Shown here: positions 17,011 through 30,672 of the stretch, one piece after another
Numbering within the stretch: the stretch's first letter is position 1
Layout: each line of letters opens with the position of its first letter
From: the human T2T-CHM13v2.0 reference genome, Homo sapiens
DNA: 64,000 bases
Assembly: GCF_009914755.1 (NCBI RefSeq)
Contig: NC_060931.1
Direction: 5' to 3' (one strand)
The notes under the pieces: model-generated
The model's input: only the letters and a program-made list of their open reading frames with translations
Database searches by the model: none
What the model was told of the DNA's origin: nothing
Program-made: the position numbers and the translations under genes

Positions 17011-17504
17011 ACAACTGAATGGAGTGGTTCCAGCCATACAGGTAGACCCAGGGATGTGGCTCTCACAGTGTCGCTGGGCACGGGAATAATACTGGGTACC
17101 TGCGGTAATTAAACCAGCAGTGACAGCTGGGGTCTCAGTAGGGCCCACTGTGTTGAAACAGAGAGTGCTTAAGTGCTTAGTGAAGCCACGGAGATTCGCT
17201 GCCTCGGTCTCAGGAAGTGCTGGAGGCTGCACACGTCTGTCGCTCCATCCCACTCCTCTATGAAATGCTCCCCTTCCAAAGAGGGCATCCTAAGTCTGAT
17301 GATGTCATCAGACTCAAAATCTTAAACCTCTAGAATAACACTTCTGTTTTACTTTTTTTTTTTTGCTTTACCTATGACATTTTATGAATACTGTAGTATC
17401 CCAAGCAAGGTAAATTCAAATAAAGCTTTCAATGAATGATTTTTAAGAAGCTGAGGGGAAAAAAACCTCCTCCTGGTCATGTCCCAGATGTTACCATTTT
17501 TCAT

Positions 17505-17812
17505 TTTGTTTCTTTTTTTCTTTTTTTTTTCAGACAGAGTCTGCTCTGTTACATAGGGGCTGGAGTGCGGTGTCATGATCTCAGCTCACTGCAGTGTCTG
17601 CCATCTAGGTTTAAGCAATTCTTATGCCTCAGCCTCCCGAGTAGTTGGGATACAGGTGCACGCCACCACACCCAGCTAATTTTTGCAGTTTTGGTAGAGA
17701 CAGGGTTTTGCCATGTTGGCCAGGCTGGTCTCGAACTCCTGGCCTCAAGTGATCTGCCTATCTTGGCCTCCCAAAGTGCTGGGACTACAGGTGTGAGCCA
17801 CCGCACCCAGCT
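17505..17812 (-). mobile_element. AluS
   Basis: Full reverse Alu about 200 bp from the exon-4 donor. Confidence 0.93.
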
Positions 17813-18005
17813 ATTTTTTGTGTATTTCCATTTGCTATTGTGCCCTCACCATTTCTCCCTCAGCCTGTGATTTATGGTACAATATCCTGAAGATGTCGGG
17901 AGCACACGACCTCAGCCTCGGCTGCAGATAGACTGCTCAGCTTGGGGCAATAACTGCTCTGCCCTCCCTCTGCCACCCGGCAGCCCCACCCACAGAAGGG
18001 CCCAG

Positions 18006-18011
18006 ACTTAC
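18006..18011 (-). promoter_or_regulatory. 5' splice donor of exon 4 (GCC|GTAAGT)
   Basis: Plus-strand acttac at 18006-18011 reads GTAAGT on the minus strand. Confidence 0.95.
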
Positions 18012-18229
18012 GGCTTTGGAGGGAGCATAGTGTGTCGGTGATGCCAGTGGAGGCCTGGTCGGGCTCTGGAAGGAAGACGGGCAGAACCTCTGCCCTGTGT
18101 CCGGGGGGGAAGACGAGGCATAGATGCGATTCTCTAACCGTTCAGGCTCGTGCTTATAGGATTCCAGGGGAAACGTGTGCTGCTTGGTCACTTGGGTGGG
18201 TGTTGACGGAGAGGAGGAGAGGCCGGAGG
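18012..18229 (-). CDS. PRKAG2: PRKAG2 (AMPK gamma-2 long isoform) internal coding exon, exon 4, about residues 156-228 of the Ser/Pro-rich N-terminal extension
   Basis: Minus strand reads ttcttctgcag|CCTCCGGCCTC...CCCTCCAAAGCC|gtaagt. It is 218 bp, starts in phase 1 and ends in phase 0. The translation [72 protein letters not shown] matches the human AMPK gamma-2 sequence as I recall it. It overlaps ORF-track entry 17937..18191. Confidence 0.97.
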
Positions 18230-18258
18230 CTGCAGAAGAAACACCAAGGACGGTCAGA
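18230..18258 (-). promoter_or_regulatory. 3' splice acceptor, pyrimidine tract and predicted branch point of exon 4
   Basis: Minus strand tctgAccgtccttggtgtttcttctgcag|; the yUnAy branch-point A is at 18254, 25 nt upstream of the exon. Confidence 0.8.
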
Positions 18259-18415
18259 GGTCCGGCTTCCAGGAAGGGACGTCGGGGGTGGTCAGAGGTC
18301 TGGTCTCCAGGAAGGGAGATGGGGAGAGGTCAGAGGTCCGGCCTCCAGGAAGGGACGTCGGGGGCAGTCAGAGGTCCGGCCTCCAGGAAGGGACATTGGA
18401 GGTGGTCAGAGGTCC
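18252..18415. repeat. 38-bp minisatellite, about 4.3 copies
   Basis: gtcagaggtc recurs at 18253, 18291, 18329, 18367 and 18405; unit approximately ggtcagaggtccggcctccaggaagggacgtcgggggt. Confidence 0.95.
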
Positions 18416-19316
18416 CGCCATGGCAGAGGGAGGCTCTCACCATTCCTGGTGCCCAAAACCTCAAATGGCAAGAAGCCAAATTATTCTGAATGTTGAGGAA
18501 AAGCTTTAAAAACCAATTTCTAGTCTCTTAGAATCAGCTGTTTCCAGAAACACCTCACTATCCACGCTCGGTTGTGGGCAGCATCCCCTCATTGGGAACG
18601 GGGTGCTCACACGGTCCCGAGTTATCTGGTGAACTTTTACACACACCCTCCAGAGGCTATTTTCCTCCATTCAGCCAAATATCATTTGATCTCCTCTCCT
18701 TCTTTCCCCAGCATGGCGCCAAGAGCAAACGCAGTGGTGCCTTATTTATTGAGGTAAAACATGGGGAAGTTCGGAAAATGTGCAGCAGAGATGCAGGCCA
18801 ATGCTGCAGAAGCCATGGGACCATGTATCTGAGGAGGGGGAGGGGGAGGGGACGGGAGGGGAGGGGAGGGGAGGGGATGGATGTGTTATTCCTACCAAAA
18901 CGTGCAACATGAACATCACCACTGTAAGTTCCCAGTAGCAAGACTTCACTGCGAAGATAAATACCCAAGGAGACTTCAGGGAAAGGGTGGGACTGGAATG
19001 GGGTCTAAAAAGTGAAACAGATTTAGATGGTCAGGAAAAGGGAGGGGACAAATAATGGGAGGGGCAACGGTGTTAGTGGAGGATTGTAGGAAGACTGGAG
19101 ACATGAATCTTCTGGGAGTTAAAGGTTCTCCACTTTGACTTATTTCTAACTAACAGAAACAAGTCTATTTCTTCCATAGACTTATTTATGTAATTTTTAA
19201 GTGGCGAGTGTACACCTAATTCATTACCATGGTGCTTTTGAAAGCAGAGCTGGAGATGCAGAGGCTCGTCAAGAAGAGGTTAAATAAATCATGGCACAGT
19301 GCACAGGTAGGATGTG

Positions 19317-19717
19317 ACCTGTGAATGTGACCTTATTTGGAAACAGGGTCTTTTCAGATCAACCAAGTCTAGATGAGATTTTGCTGGACTAGGGTGGGCC
19401 CTAATGCAATGTGACTGGTGTCCTTATAAGAAGAGGAAAAGAGACACAGAAACGGATACCCAGAGGGAAGGCCTCGTGCTGGCAGAGGCAGCGATCGGAG
19501 CAATGCAGCTGCAGCCAAGGCGCGCTGGGGATTGCTGGCAAACCCAGAAGCCAGGGCGAGGCAAAGAGGAATCCTCCCCTACAGGTTTCAGAGAGAGCGT
19601 GGCACTGCCAACACCTCGATTTTGAACTTCTGGCCTTCAGGACAGGGCTAAATTTTAGTTGTTTTAAGCCACTCAGTCGGTGGCACTTTGTTATAACAGC
19701 CTGAGGAGACTGATGCA
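19317..19717 (+). mobile_element. MLT1C-like LTR, 5'-truncated
   Basis: acctgtgaatgtgaccttatttggaaacagggtc...gttgttttaagccactcag. Confidence 0.78.
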
Positions 19718-19737
19718 ATGCATGGATTGTGTTCTAA

Positions 19738-20114
<377 letters not shown>

Positions 20115-20176
20115 TAAAATTTTAAAATAAAATTTGAATTATGCAAGTCAAACCAAAGATGTCAGTGAACATGCCC

Positions 20177-20557
20177 TGTTAAATTACATGTAGCCTAGAG
20201 CTGCCTCCTTAAATATTTTAAGTTTGGCCTAAAGGGTTTTCTGTACATTGTGAACTGTAACAGACCATAGCCTACATTCGTGCCAGCCAGAGTTTTGGCA
20301 ATCACATGTAGCCAACTGTTCCAACCGTGTTCAAATAAGACAAATGCTGAGCTGTAACCAATCCAGGTGTTTCTGTGCCTTACTTCCGCTTTCTGTGGTC
20401 ACTTTCCTTTTTCTGTCCATCAATCTTCTTCCACCACATGGCTGAGAGCTGGGCTCTCGGAGTCTACTCTGGCTCAGAAGGCTGCTCGATTTGCGAATCG
20501 TTCATTGCTCAGTCAAACTCCTTTAAACATAATTCGGCAGACGTTTTCCTTTTATCA
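20177..20557 (+). mobile_element. MER57-family ERV1 solo LTR
   Basis: TG...CA ends; tgttaaatta...gcctagagctgcctcctt...gagctgtaaccaatcca...gcgaatcgttcattgctca. Confidence 0.75.
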
Positions 20558-21268
20558 GGTCCTAGAGCCACCAGTCACTGTTTCTGGTCTGGACAAGGCT
20601 GCGTCACCTACAGAGCCACAGGCCTGGTTCACTCTCCCCAGGCATCTCTGCTGGGTTCCTCCTCCTCACAGCTCCCAGAACCACCCGTGTCCCTCCTGCT
20701 CCATCCTCATGGGGAAGGACCTGTCCTCCTGTCCCTCGTGTCACCAAACTCATAAAGCCTTTTCACTGTCCTGTATGTTACCACTTAATGACAAACTGTT
20801 TAACGTTCAAACCAAACATAAAAGTATGTAAGTCCCCTCTCCCCACCAAGATCTACCGTCTGTCTTGGGGACGGGGGTCCTGCCACTCCCTCTGGGCCCC
20901 AGGGCACCCAGTGCTGTCCTGAGCCAAGGGGTCTGGCAAATGCCTGCTGCCACCAGGCAAGGAACAGAAAGAACAGTGAGAGGACCGGCTCAAGGTCAGG
21001 GTGAATCTGTTCCTCTCTGTGGAGAGTGGGGCGCATGTTTTGTTTTGCGTGTCCGGGGGAGGTTTAGGAAGTCACCTATTAGAGAAGGAGCCCCCTTTTC
21101 CAGGGAGTCCCTTCAGGAGACTGAGCAGTGTGAGTGGAAAGCCCTCTGGAAGCCCCGGGCTGGCACTTGGGAGGCAGCTCTGGGTGGAAGCAGGAGGAGA
21201 GGGTTAGGACCCGAAACTTAAAATGTAAAAGGCCCTCACAACAAAGTCCCAAACTCTTGAAAAATAGA

Positions 21269-21681
<413 letters not shown>

Positions 21682-22374
21682 TTAGCAGCTCTTCAGAGAT
21701 GGGGGTGTGTCAGCAGGCAGGACCACAAAAGGGCTGCCGGCCCATCCGGACCCTTCTCAGGGCCAGGCTCCAGCTGCTTGGCACTGAGAAATAGAGACAG
21801 TAGCCAGGGCTCGGGGAGGCCTGCCCGGGGCCTCTCAGGGGGATCTGCAGGGGCAGAGCAAAGAAGCCTGTGTGCTATTTTGTGTGTAGTGTGGGGCACT
21901 GCCTGGGGCCTTAGACCCCAGAGTCATATCCTTCAGTGGTTCCTGCAGCAACAAAGTCTCCAGCAGGGGCTCGTCCTGGTCCCACAATGCACCTAGGACA
22001 GGCTATCTCCTCTCCTGAGAGTCAAGAGGGAATGTTCTCATCCTCCTCTCCCAGCCCCTTCCCCCACTGGACACAGGGCCCCTTCAGTGGCACTTCCCGG
22101 GGGCTGTGCCCCTGCTTCCTGTAGGCATGTGCAGGGACCTGATGGGGCAGAGCTGAATAGGATGTGGTGGGGGGCGTTTTAGGTTCAAAAACCTGTGCCA
22201 CCCCCCACATCCTCATGACCTGTGACAGCCCTGCAGAGAAACCCCTCTGGGGGGCTGGGGTCTTCGTGTGTAAAGGAAGGGGCCAGCCACAGAGATCTCT
22301 AAAGCCTCCTCCATGGACAATGCTGAAAAGTAGCTATGTCCATCCCTGAGCAGGGCATGATCAAAACTAGCCCT

Positions 22375-22663
22375 GGCCAGGTGCGGTGGCTCATGCCTGT
22401 AGCCCCGGCACTTTGGGAGGCTGAGGGAGAAGGATCACTTGAGCCCAGGAGTTTGAGACCACCTAGGGCAACATGGCAAGACCCTGTCTCTATTAAAAAA
22501 AAAAAAATTGGCCAGATATGGTGACATATGCCTGTAGTCTCAGCTACATGGCGAGATTGCTTGAGCCCAGGAGTTCAAGGCTGCAGTGAGCTAGGACTGC
22601 ACCACTGCACTCCAGCCTGGGTGACACAGCAAGATCCTATCTCACAAAACACAACACAACAAA
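22375..22663 (+). mobile_element. AluJ
   Basis: Diverged Alu with cttgagcccaggagtt in both arms. Confidence 0.9.
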
Positions 22664-24843
22664 ATGAGCCCAAACTGCACCCATGCAGGCATTGGGCAAA
22701 GGCCCAGAGGAAACAGGTACTCTGTGGTGCCTATCTAGGCACCACTGATCAAAACCACAAACGCGCATGTTCCTGGACCCAGTAATTCCATTTCTGGGGC
22801 CATAGACTTATTTGTGTAATTGCTAAGTGTCGACTGTACTAAGTGTCGGCTTATTCATTACCATGGTGCTTTTAAAAGCAGAGCCTGGAGACGCAGAGGC
22901 TCGTCAAGAAGAGGTTAGATAAATCATGGCCCATCTGCAGGCACAGGCAGCCACCATTCCTGTCGGAACATGACAGGGATCCTCGTTCCTTTCATCTCCA
23001 AGATGGAGCGGTAAGTGAAGAAAGCCAACTGCAGAGCCATCTGTATCGAATGATACCATTTGTAGTTTTGAAAAAAGGAAAGAAAGTATCTATATTCTGC
23101 CTGTCTGATTTTGCCTAGACTATCTCTGGCAGGATCTGGAAACACTGGCTGTCTCCAGGGAAGGGAACAACTGGCAGGGAGGACTTTCATCATATCCCCT
23201 TTTTGATTTTTCAAACTTTCTATCATGAGAATGGATTATCCATTCAGAAAATTACTTCTTTTCAGCCACTGCTTTGCTTTTGAGCCAAGAGGCTGGCGAA
23301 GGCCATATTTAAGCACTGACCTGCTTCCTGCCCTGCCTGCCCCGACGCGCCCCCCAGCTCTGTGCAGGGGTGTCTCCCACGAGGACCAGGACCAGGACCT
23401 CTGTCCTGTCTCCCACTAGAATCAGGGCCATGGCTGTGCCTTCCTGAGCTGTCCTCTCCCTTGCTCTTTCTCTTCGAGAAGTTTTTCCACTTCCAACATT
23501 CTTCAGGGATGAAGCTTAGTCACTGTTGTGCAAGGGATGTTCACAGCCCATGAAAACTCCTTGCTAGTTCTTTGGGTACAGAACGTTCATCTTTCGAGTA
23601 AACAGTTTAAAGAGAATGCAACTGTGACCAAGCCCCTCCCCACCCCCTGCCGAGAGCTCTTAAGAGCACAAACCACGGTGTCCGCTCCTCCCATGGCCCT
23701 GTCCCCTTGCAGGCCACCCCCGTGTGAGTACTGGAATGATCCTAACCCAGTCCCAAAGGAGGTGAGAGAGGTGGCGGGATGCAGGAGTGAACCTCTGGGG
23801 CCGAGGAGATGAGAAGGTGGACTGTTCATTTGGGGGTGGGAACACCTCATTTCTGGTGGGGCTGAATGATTCTCTATCATTGCCATCTTTCCAAGTTCAG
23901 AAGCTGCTCCCATCTTTCCACCTGGCCTTCCTGTTCCTTCCAGAGCTGGTGACTCCTGTGGGGAAAACAGGTGGCACTCTGGACTACAGAGGGGGAAGGG
24001 AAACTTTTAGAGGAAGGGACAGGTGAAATGCTGAGACTCACAGTGTGTGCATTAGGGATATGTGTGTAGTTAGGGGCATGGGGAGTGAACCCTCCTGGAA
24101 CCTAACATATGCCCTATCTGTTGACTGATACCCGAAATGTTTTTAAGAGGGGGTAGAGTCTTGCAGCATCAACACTTTTTTTTTGTTTTTTGCACGATGC
24201 CACCCTGTTTACAGAGGGCTTACACACTCTGGCCCCCTCTGCCCCTCACAGATGAAGAAACTGGTAGCTGGAGAAAGTTCAGCTACTTATCCATGGTCCT
24301 TTAGCGAATAAATGGCAGGGACCACACCTCAGCTCCACTGTCCTGACTCTATAACCCAGACACTTTCTGCCACAATCAAACTGGGGTATCACCGAGAGAA
24401 AGAACATGAAGACTTAACATTACATTTTAGCTGTATGAATTACTCTCCCAGAAGTGGGGCTTCACGGGGCCAACAGGAAGGAGAGCTTGGATGACACTGG
24501 GTGACTGCAGAGGGAAAGAAGAGGTGCCACAGAAGAGAGAAGGGCACAGAGACGGAGTGAGCTTGGGACCCCATGTGCTTCCTAAGGTGGGACAGCCCCA
24601 TGTAGGGAGGGACAGGCTTCCCCCAAAGAGGGTTTTCTTCCATGCCAGCCAGGAAGGGTAGACCAACAAAGAAGTGACTTCTACTCAGGTTTATGCTATT
24701 CAATCAGTAGAGAAACAACTGTCTTATGAGTCAGGTAAGGTGGGTAGTAAGAATGATTCCTAAGCTTTTTTTCTTTTCAATGTTGGTATCACTATTCATA
24801 AATAAAAGGGAAAATGGGCAATGCTGACACAATCCCTCATTAC

Positions 24844-25129
24844 TTTTTTTGAGACAAGGTCTCACTCTGTGGCCCAGGCTGGGGTACAATGGTATGATCA
24901 CGGCTCACTGCAGCCTCAAACTCCTGGGCTCAAGTGATCCTCCCACCTCAGTCTCCTGAGTAGCCGGAACTCCAGGCAAATACCATTACACCAGCTAATT
25001 TTTTTATTTTTGTAGAGATGGCATCTTACTATGTTGCCCAGGCTGGTCTTGAACTCCTGGTATCAAGTCACCTCCTGCCTCAGCCTCCCAAAGTGCTGGG
25101 AATATAGGTGTGAACCGCCATGCCTGGCC
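24844..25129 (-). mobile_element. AluJ
   Basis: Reverse Alu; cattac on both sides. Confidence 0.9.
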
Positions 25130-27959
25130 CCCCATTACTTTTAAATAGACCAATGTATTTCTTAATCATAAGGTCAACTGCTGAACTCAACCTTGGGTCT
25201 GATCAGTAAATGAATAGTTCCTGGACAGCTTCCACGGGCCAAGTATGCTGGGGGTGTTGAGGAAGGAGGTGCTAAGATGGATTAGAGCAAGTCCCTGTAG
25301 TCTGTAGGAGAAATGGGGACAAAACCAAAAAATCAGCCCCAACACCACCATGCAATAAAGTCGAGAACCAGGAAAGCAGGGGGGAGCTCAGGGAAGAGGA
25401 GAGGGCCTGAGGGTGGGGGTGGGACGGTGGCTCAGAAACCCCAGGAAAGAGCTGGGCCCCGATCCTGGAGGAGGACACAGGTCTGCCCCGGCCCAGGGGC
25501 CTCTCCTAAGGGCCCAGGCAGAACTGGGCCATGGCCAAAGTCACCCAAGAAGGCTCTGGCCAAAGGACAGACAGGTGCCCCCTTTCTGTTCCTTCTGAGA
25601 AGACATCTCCTCCTTTTTCCTGCTCCTTAAGGACTTTGTTTAGGACGCCGCCAGCCTCTGCAGTGAACAATGCCTTTGATTCTCCCAGGGCGGCAGCCAG
25701 GCCCAGTGAACAGCCCAGCGAGGGAACAGAAACTGCTCCTGGCAGCCACACAGAACACCACGAAAGGGGGTCCAGACACTGGGGAGCCATGGGCTGGTGA
25801 CTTCACAGGGCCTGGCCCTGCTGGCAGGCGCTGGAGAGGAGGAGGAGGAGAACAGAGGTGCCACCAAAGGGAACTGAGCCCTGCTGGAACGGAATAGCTG
25901 TGCTGGGTGGAAACAGAGGCCTGGCCCTCAGAAGCCCCAAGCTCTAGGTCTGGTTTTACCACTAAGTTGCCATGGGCTCTGGGACAAATCCACCCCTTGC
26001 CTTGGTAAAAATAAACCAGGTAGACCAGATGCCTATCTGGTGCAATCCGGCCCCTCCACTGCGTAAATGGAATGAGCTAGAGCCTCATTCCTGCCTGAGG
26101 AACGGAACGACAAGAAGGAAGTAATGTATTCTGCTGACTGTTGTTACAAGAGCCATGAAGTGAGAAGAGCAACATTTCCATTGACACTGGAGGGAGGCTT
26201 TGCTTATACAGGGTTTTGAAACCTCCTACCACTCATCAGAGTGAGGGGCCAGGTGTTGTTCCCTACTTTGGAGGGAGGATGGCGAGCGCCGTGAGGGGGA
26301 ACGGTGGCCCAGGGAGGTGCCCAACGAAAGTGCCACAGCCAGAGAGGGACAGGAGTACCTGTGCTGAGTAGCTGTAGCACACAGAGGGATGCAACCAGCA
26401 GGCAGGCGGAGACCCTGGGCGGCGCGAGACCCTGTGTGACACAAGTTCAGGCCAGGCAGGTGACCCAGAACCCAGCCTCTGATGTCTGCTTAGGACTCTG
26501 TTTTCTCAAGGAGCAAACCCACTGCTTCAATGTTTTGGCCCTTTCTCAGGTGCCCTCTGGCCTGGCTCCTACACCCTCTCCCCGCACGGCCCCTATTGCC
26601 CGCAGGTTTTACCTTCCACCCCTCATTCCAGAGCCCTACCCTCCAGGGCCGCTGGAGCTGAGTGCCCAGCCCTCTGACTCCAGAATGGCTCTGGGCAGTG
26701 CAGGCGACTGCAGGAGGCTGGGGGAGCCAGGGAATAGAGGGGCAGTATCCTCAGGGACCCTGCCTGCCATGCCTCCAGCAACTCCTCTTCCCCTCGTCGC
26801 TCCAGGCCTGGGCGGTAATGACTCCTGAAACCCTGCCCACACCCCTGGGAAAAGCCCCTTCAGAACCCCAGCTGAATGTCCTTGTTTCCTGCCCCCAACG
26901 ATACAGTTTCCAGCCTCCACTCCCAAACCAGGATAAGGACTGGCCAGCACCGTGGAAGCAGCTGAGCTCTGGGGCCAGAAACCTGGGCTGGACCCTAAGT
27001 CACCACTCGCCAGCTATGTGGCCTCAGAGGAGTCAGCTCAGAGGCTTGCTTCATTCTTTGAACATCTGAGCTGCCCGTGGGCTTTGTGTGATGAGTAAGA
27101 GGTAAGAAGCAAAGCACCCTAGGACACTGAATGATAAGGCCCGTATTCAGTATGGGCAGCTGCCATTGATAGCAGGTGACGTCTCCGGGAGAAGACCCTG
27201 CTGGTCGGAAGCTCAGAGCCAGCTCTAGCTTCTGCCTTGCCTGGGGGACAGGAGTGTGACACACCTGAAGTTCAAGCTGCAGCTCACCCCTGGCTGACTC
27301 CACCCTGCGGCCCCTCCACACAGGCTCAGTGTGGAGGTGAGAAATCCCAGCTGAGCCCTCTCTGACAAGTTGGGGTCTCCTCCAGGCAGTCCTGGCCATA
27401 GCCATCCCAGTGCCCCCAGCCACAGTCAGCCACAATGCACTCTGGAAGCTGTTCCTGAGGGCGTGGAGGCCAGTCCCTGGTTTCTCATCACCTGGAGACG
27501 TAAGAAATTGGAAAAAGCTGGTCACACCCAAGACAAGCTCCAGGTGCCACACGTCAGTTCATTGAACAGCGCCTGGACCAGGGTGACTTTAGGTATCAGT
27601 ACCACTTAGGCCCAGGAGTCCACTTCCTCTATAACCCACTGCAGGCTGCTGTTTCATTTGCACAGAGGCAGGAATACCCTACACAGAGCGGGCCTGCCTG
27701 AGCCTTCAGCCATTTCTTCTCTTTCCCCCCAGCCCAAGGTGGGAGTGGCGAGGTCATCTTCAAGACCATTCTACCATTCTCCACCCTCCGTGTTGGTGGA
27801 TGCATTCCAGAATGATCCATTCAACCTGAACTATTCTACCTCCCACAGCCCCAGCTGCCCAATACTTCTCTGAAAGAAGCCTGTCCTCAGGGCCGCCCCA
27901 CCAACACCCCTATCCCATGCTCAGCTTCTCTTTGAGAATTGCTGTGGTAGACAACTATT

Positions 27960-28570
<611 letters not shown>

Positions 28571-28707
28571 GCCCTCTTTCCCTGTGAGACGGTTTTGCTC
28601 TAAACCCTTGTCTGGGCAGTCCCCAGTCCCTGTCCCCACTGAGTCTAACCCGACATGCTGAGTAGAGCATCTGAGCCACAGAGACAGTTAGGATGCTTCT
28701 CAGGCTT

Positions 28708-28872
28708 CAGTTCTCAAACCTGGCTGGGCCAAAAGTCACCTGGGAGCATTGAGAACACATGTGCCCATAGGACCGGAAGATCCTGACCGATGGGGCCAGG
28801 AGGAGCCTGGGGATGTGAGCTGTGTGACGTTCCCCAGGTGACGCGGGTGGTTGGACATGTTTTGGAACCATT
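28708..28872. mobile_element. MER5A-like MITE
   Basis: gttctcaaacctggctg...tcacctgggagc...ttccccaggtga...tttggaacca. Confidence 0.55.
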
Positions 28873-30602
28873 CATTTAATCCAATCTCCCTATTTCACAG
28901 ATAGGAAACTTCTAAAGTAATTGTTAGTTCCCATTCTTTATGGTCATGTGGTCCGAGTGCCTCCATCCTGTCTCACAGCTCCCTTCTATGGAAGAGCAAA
29001 TTCCCTTCCTTCTGAGTTCCCAGCCACCTGCTTGGACTCTGATAGGAATGACTCTCCCTGCAGCCAAGGTCAGCCTCATGCAGAAACGCCCTGGAATGAT
29101 GCCTCGTCCCCGGGTACCAGGCGTTTATGCAGCTGCCGGCCAGGCCAGCTCTCCTGAGCTCTGCTGCTCCTTTCCAGCCAGCTGCTTTGAGACCTTGCTC
29201 TGAATGTTCCTAAAAGACAAGTTTCACACCCGCCTGGTGTCCTCCCCACCCCACTCCAGCCCTGCCCCTGCAGGACCCCCTCTCTCAGCAGGAGTTTCTG
29301 GACTCTGGCCCCTTTATAGCTGAATGGCCCTGGCCCTAGCTGAGCTCACTCTCAATTCATATTTCAATCTGGAGTAAGGTTTCAGGCTGCAGATTTCGGT
29401 TCTAGGCTCTAAGAATCTGTTTTATGATCTTTTGTCATTGAAACTGTTCAAAATATGTTGGAAAATATCTGAGTGATCTTCAAGTCAAAGCATCATGGTA
29501 ATATGGAAGGTGAAAAAATATTTCTATTTAAAAAAAAAACTTTCAGGAATTTTTCCAAGGTTATTCTCCTAAAAGGAATCCGGAAAATATCCAGTCTTAT
29601 AGGGCTTTGTATACCCAATAACATTCTGCACCTAGTTATGAAATAGTTGGCTCTAGCATATGGGTATTTACATGGGAACTAACAAAACAAAACAGAAATG
29701 GTGGTGCAGGGGAAGGAAAGGAGAATCTCACAGGGGCTAATTTTAAATCTGTCCCAACTCTGACAATGTGGTCCCAGCCTCTGCTGTCTGCCCTGTTCCT
29801 TCTTCACGCTTGCTTGGAGGTCAGAGTTCTACATCATGGACCCAAAACGTAACCCTAGATACTTCGCTTGGGCAAAAGACAACAGCAGATATGCATCTTG
29901 ATGTTGCCACTTAGAAAGCGTCCTCGGGAGGCACAGGGGAGGCCCCTCTGCTGCTTTGTGAGAGAGAGAAATTCTGCCACAGAACTTTTCCCATATACAA
30001 TGGTTTCGGAAAAACAATTTGCTAATAATTTGTCAATGAAAGGGAAATGTTAGCAGCCTCAGTCCCTCTAATTATCAGTATTTGTGGAATCACAAAAGCA
30101 ACAGGCATTGTTTGGTGCTGTGGAGATGAACTCTGCCGAATGTGATAGTCTGGAATGGGCCAGCATGAGAATCATAGGTGGTAAGAATGGGCATGACCTT
30201 GGACAAACATCTCAGAACCTCATTTTCGGTGGAGGAAGTGCAGGCTCTGAGAGGTGAAGTGTGTGGCCGAGGATCTACCCCCCACCCCAGAAGCAGGTCC
30301 ACAGCCATGACTCAGGTCTTCAGGCCGCAGCCCAGGGCCTTGCTCCATTCCAGGAGGTTTCTGACGGTGACCTCATCCCTGTGGAATGTTGGGGAGAAGA
30401 CCGTTTGTATGGGCGACAGGAAAAAGCACAGGGTCGCACCAGGCGAGGTGGGTGCCTCAGGTCAGAGGTGTATCTGCCTTGGGCTGCCTCTCCGTGTCCA
30501 CCCTCCTCCCCAACGGGGCTCCCTCGGCCAGCTGCCAAGGGTGTATAGGGTGGAGCGGGTAGTGGAAGGCCAAGACTTGGCACTTTGGGTTTGGAAGGGG
30601 AG

Positions 30603-30651
30603 GGAGGAGGAGGAGGAGGAGGAGGAGGAAATGAAGCCCCCCCCCCCCCCC
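30603..30651. repeat. (GGA)9 followed by C15
   Basis: Read directly from the sequence. Confidence 0.95.
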
Positions 30652-30659
30652 GGGCTCCT

Positions 30660-30672
30660 TGCTGAGTCAGCA
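30660..30672. promoter_or_regulatory. Perfect palindromic Maf recognition element (T-MARE) TGCTGAGTCAGCA
   Basis: Exact match to TGCTGACTCAGCA on the minus strand; function not shown. Confidence 0.55.

Noticed and set aside
17937-18011. ORF read-through past the exon-4 donor (VSLGPSVGG...APS*) as an alternative C-terminus
   Set aside because: Strong GTAAGT donor and no nearby minus-strand AATAAA seen; a 24-codon read-through is expected by chance.
18252-18415. Regularly spaced repeats here and at 53478-54063 resembling a CRISPR array
   Set aside because: Head-to-tail tandem units without unique spacers, in primate DNA with no cas genes.
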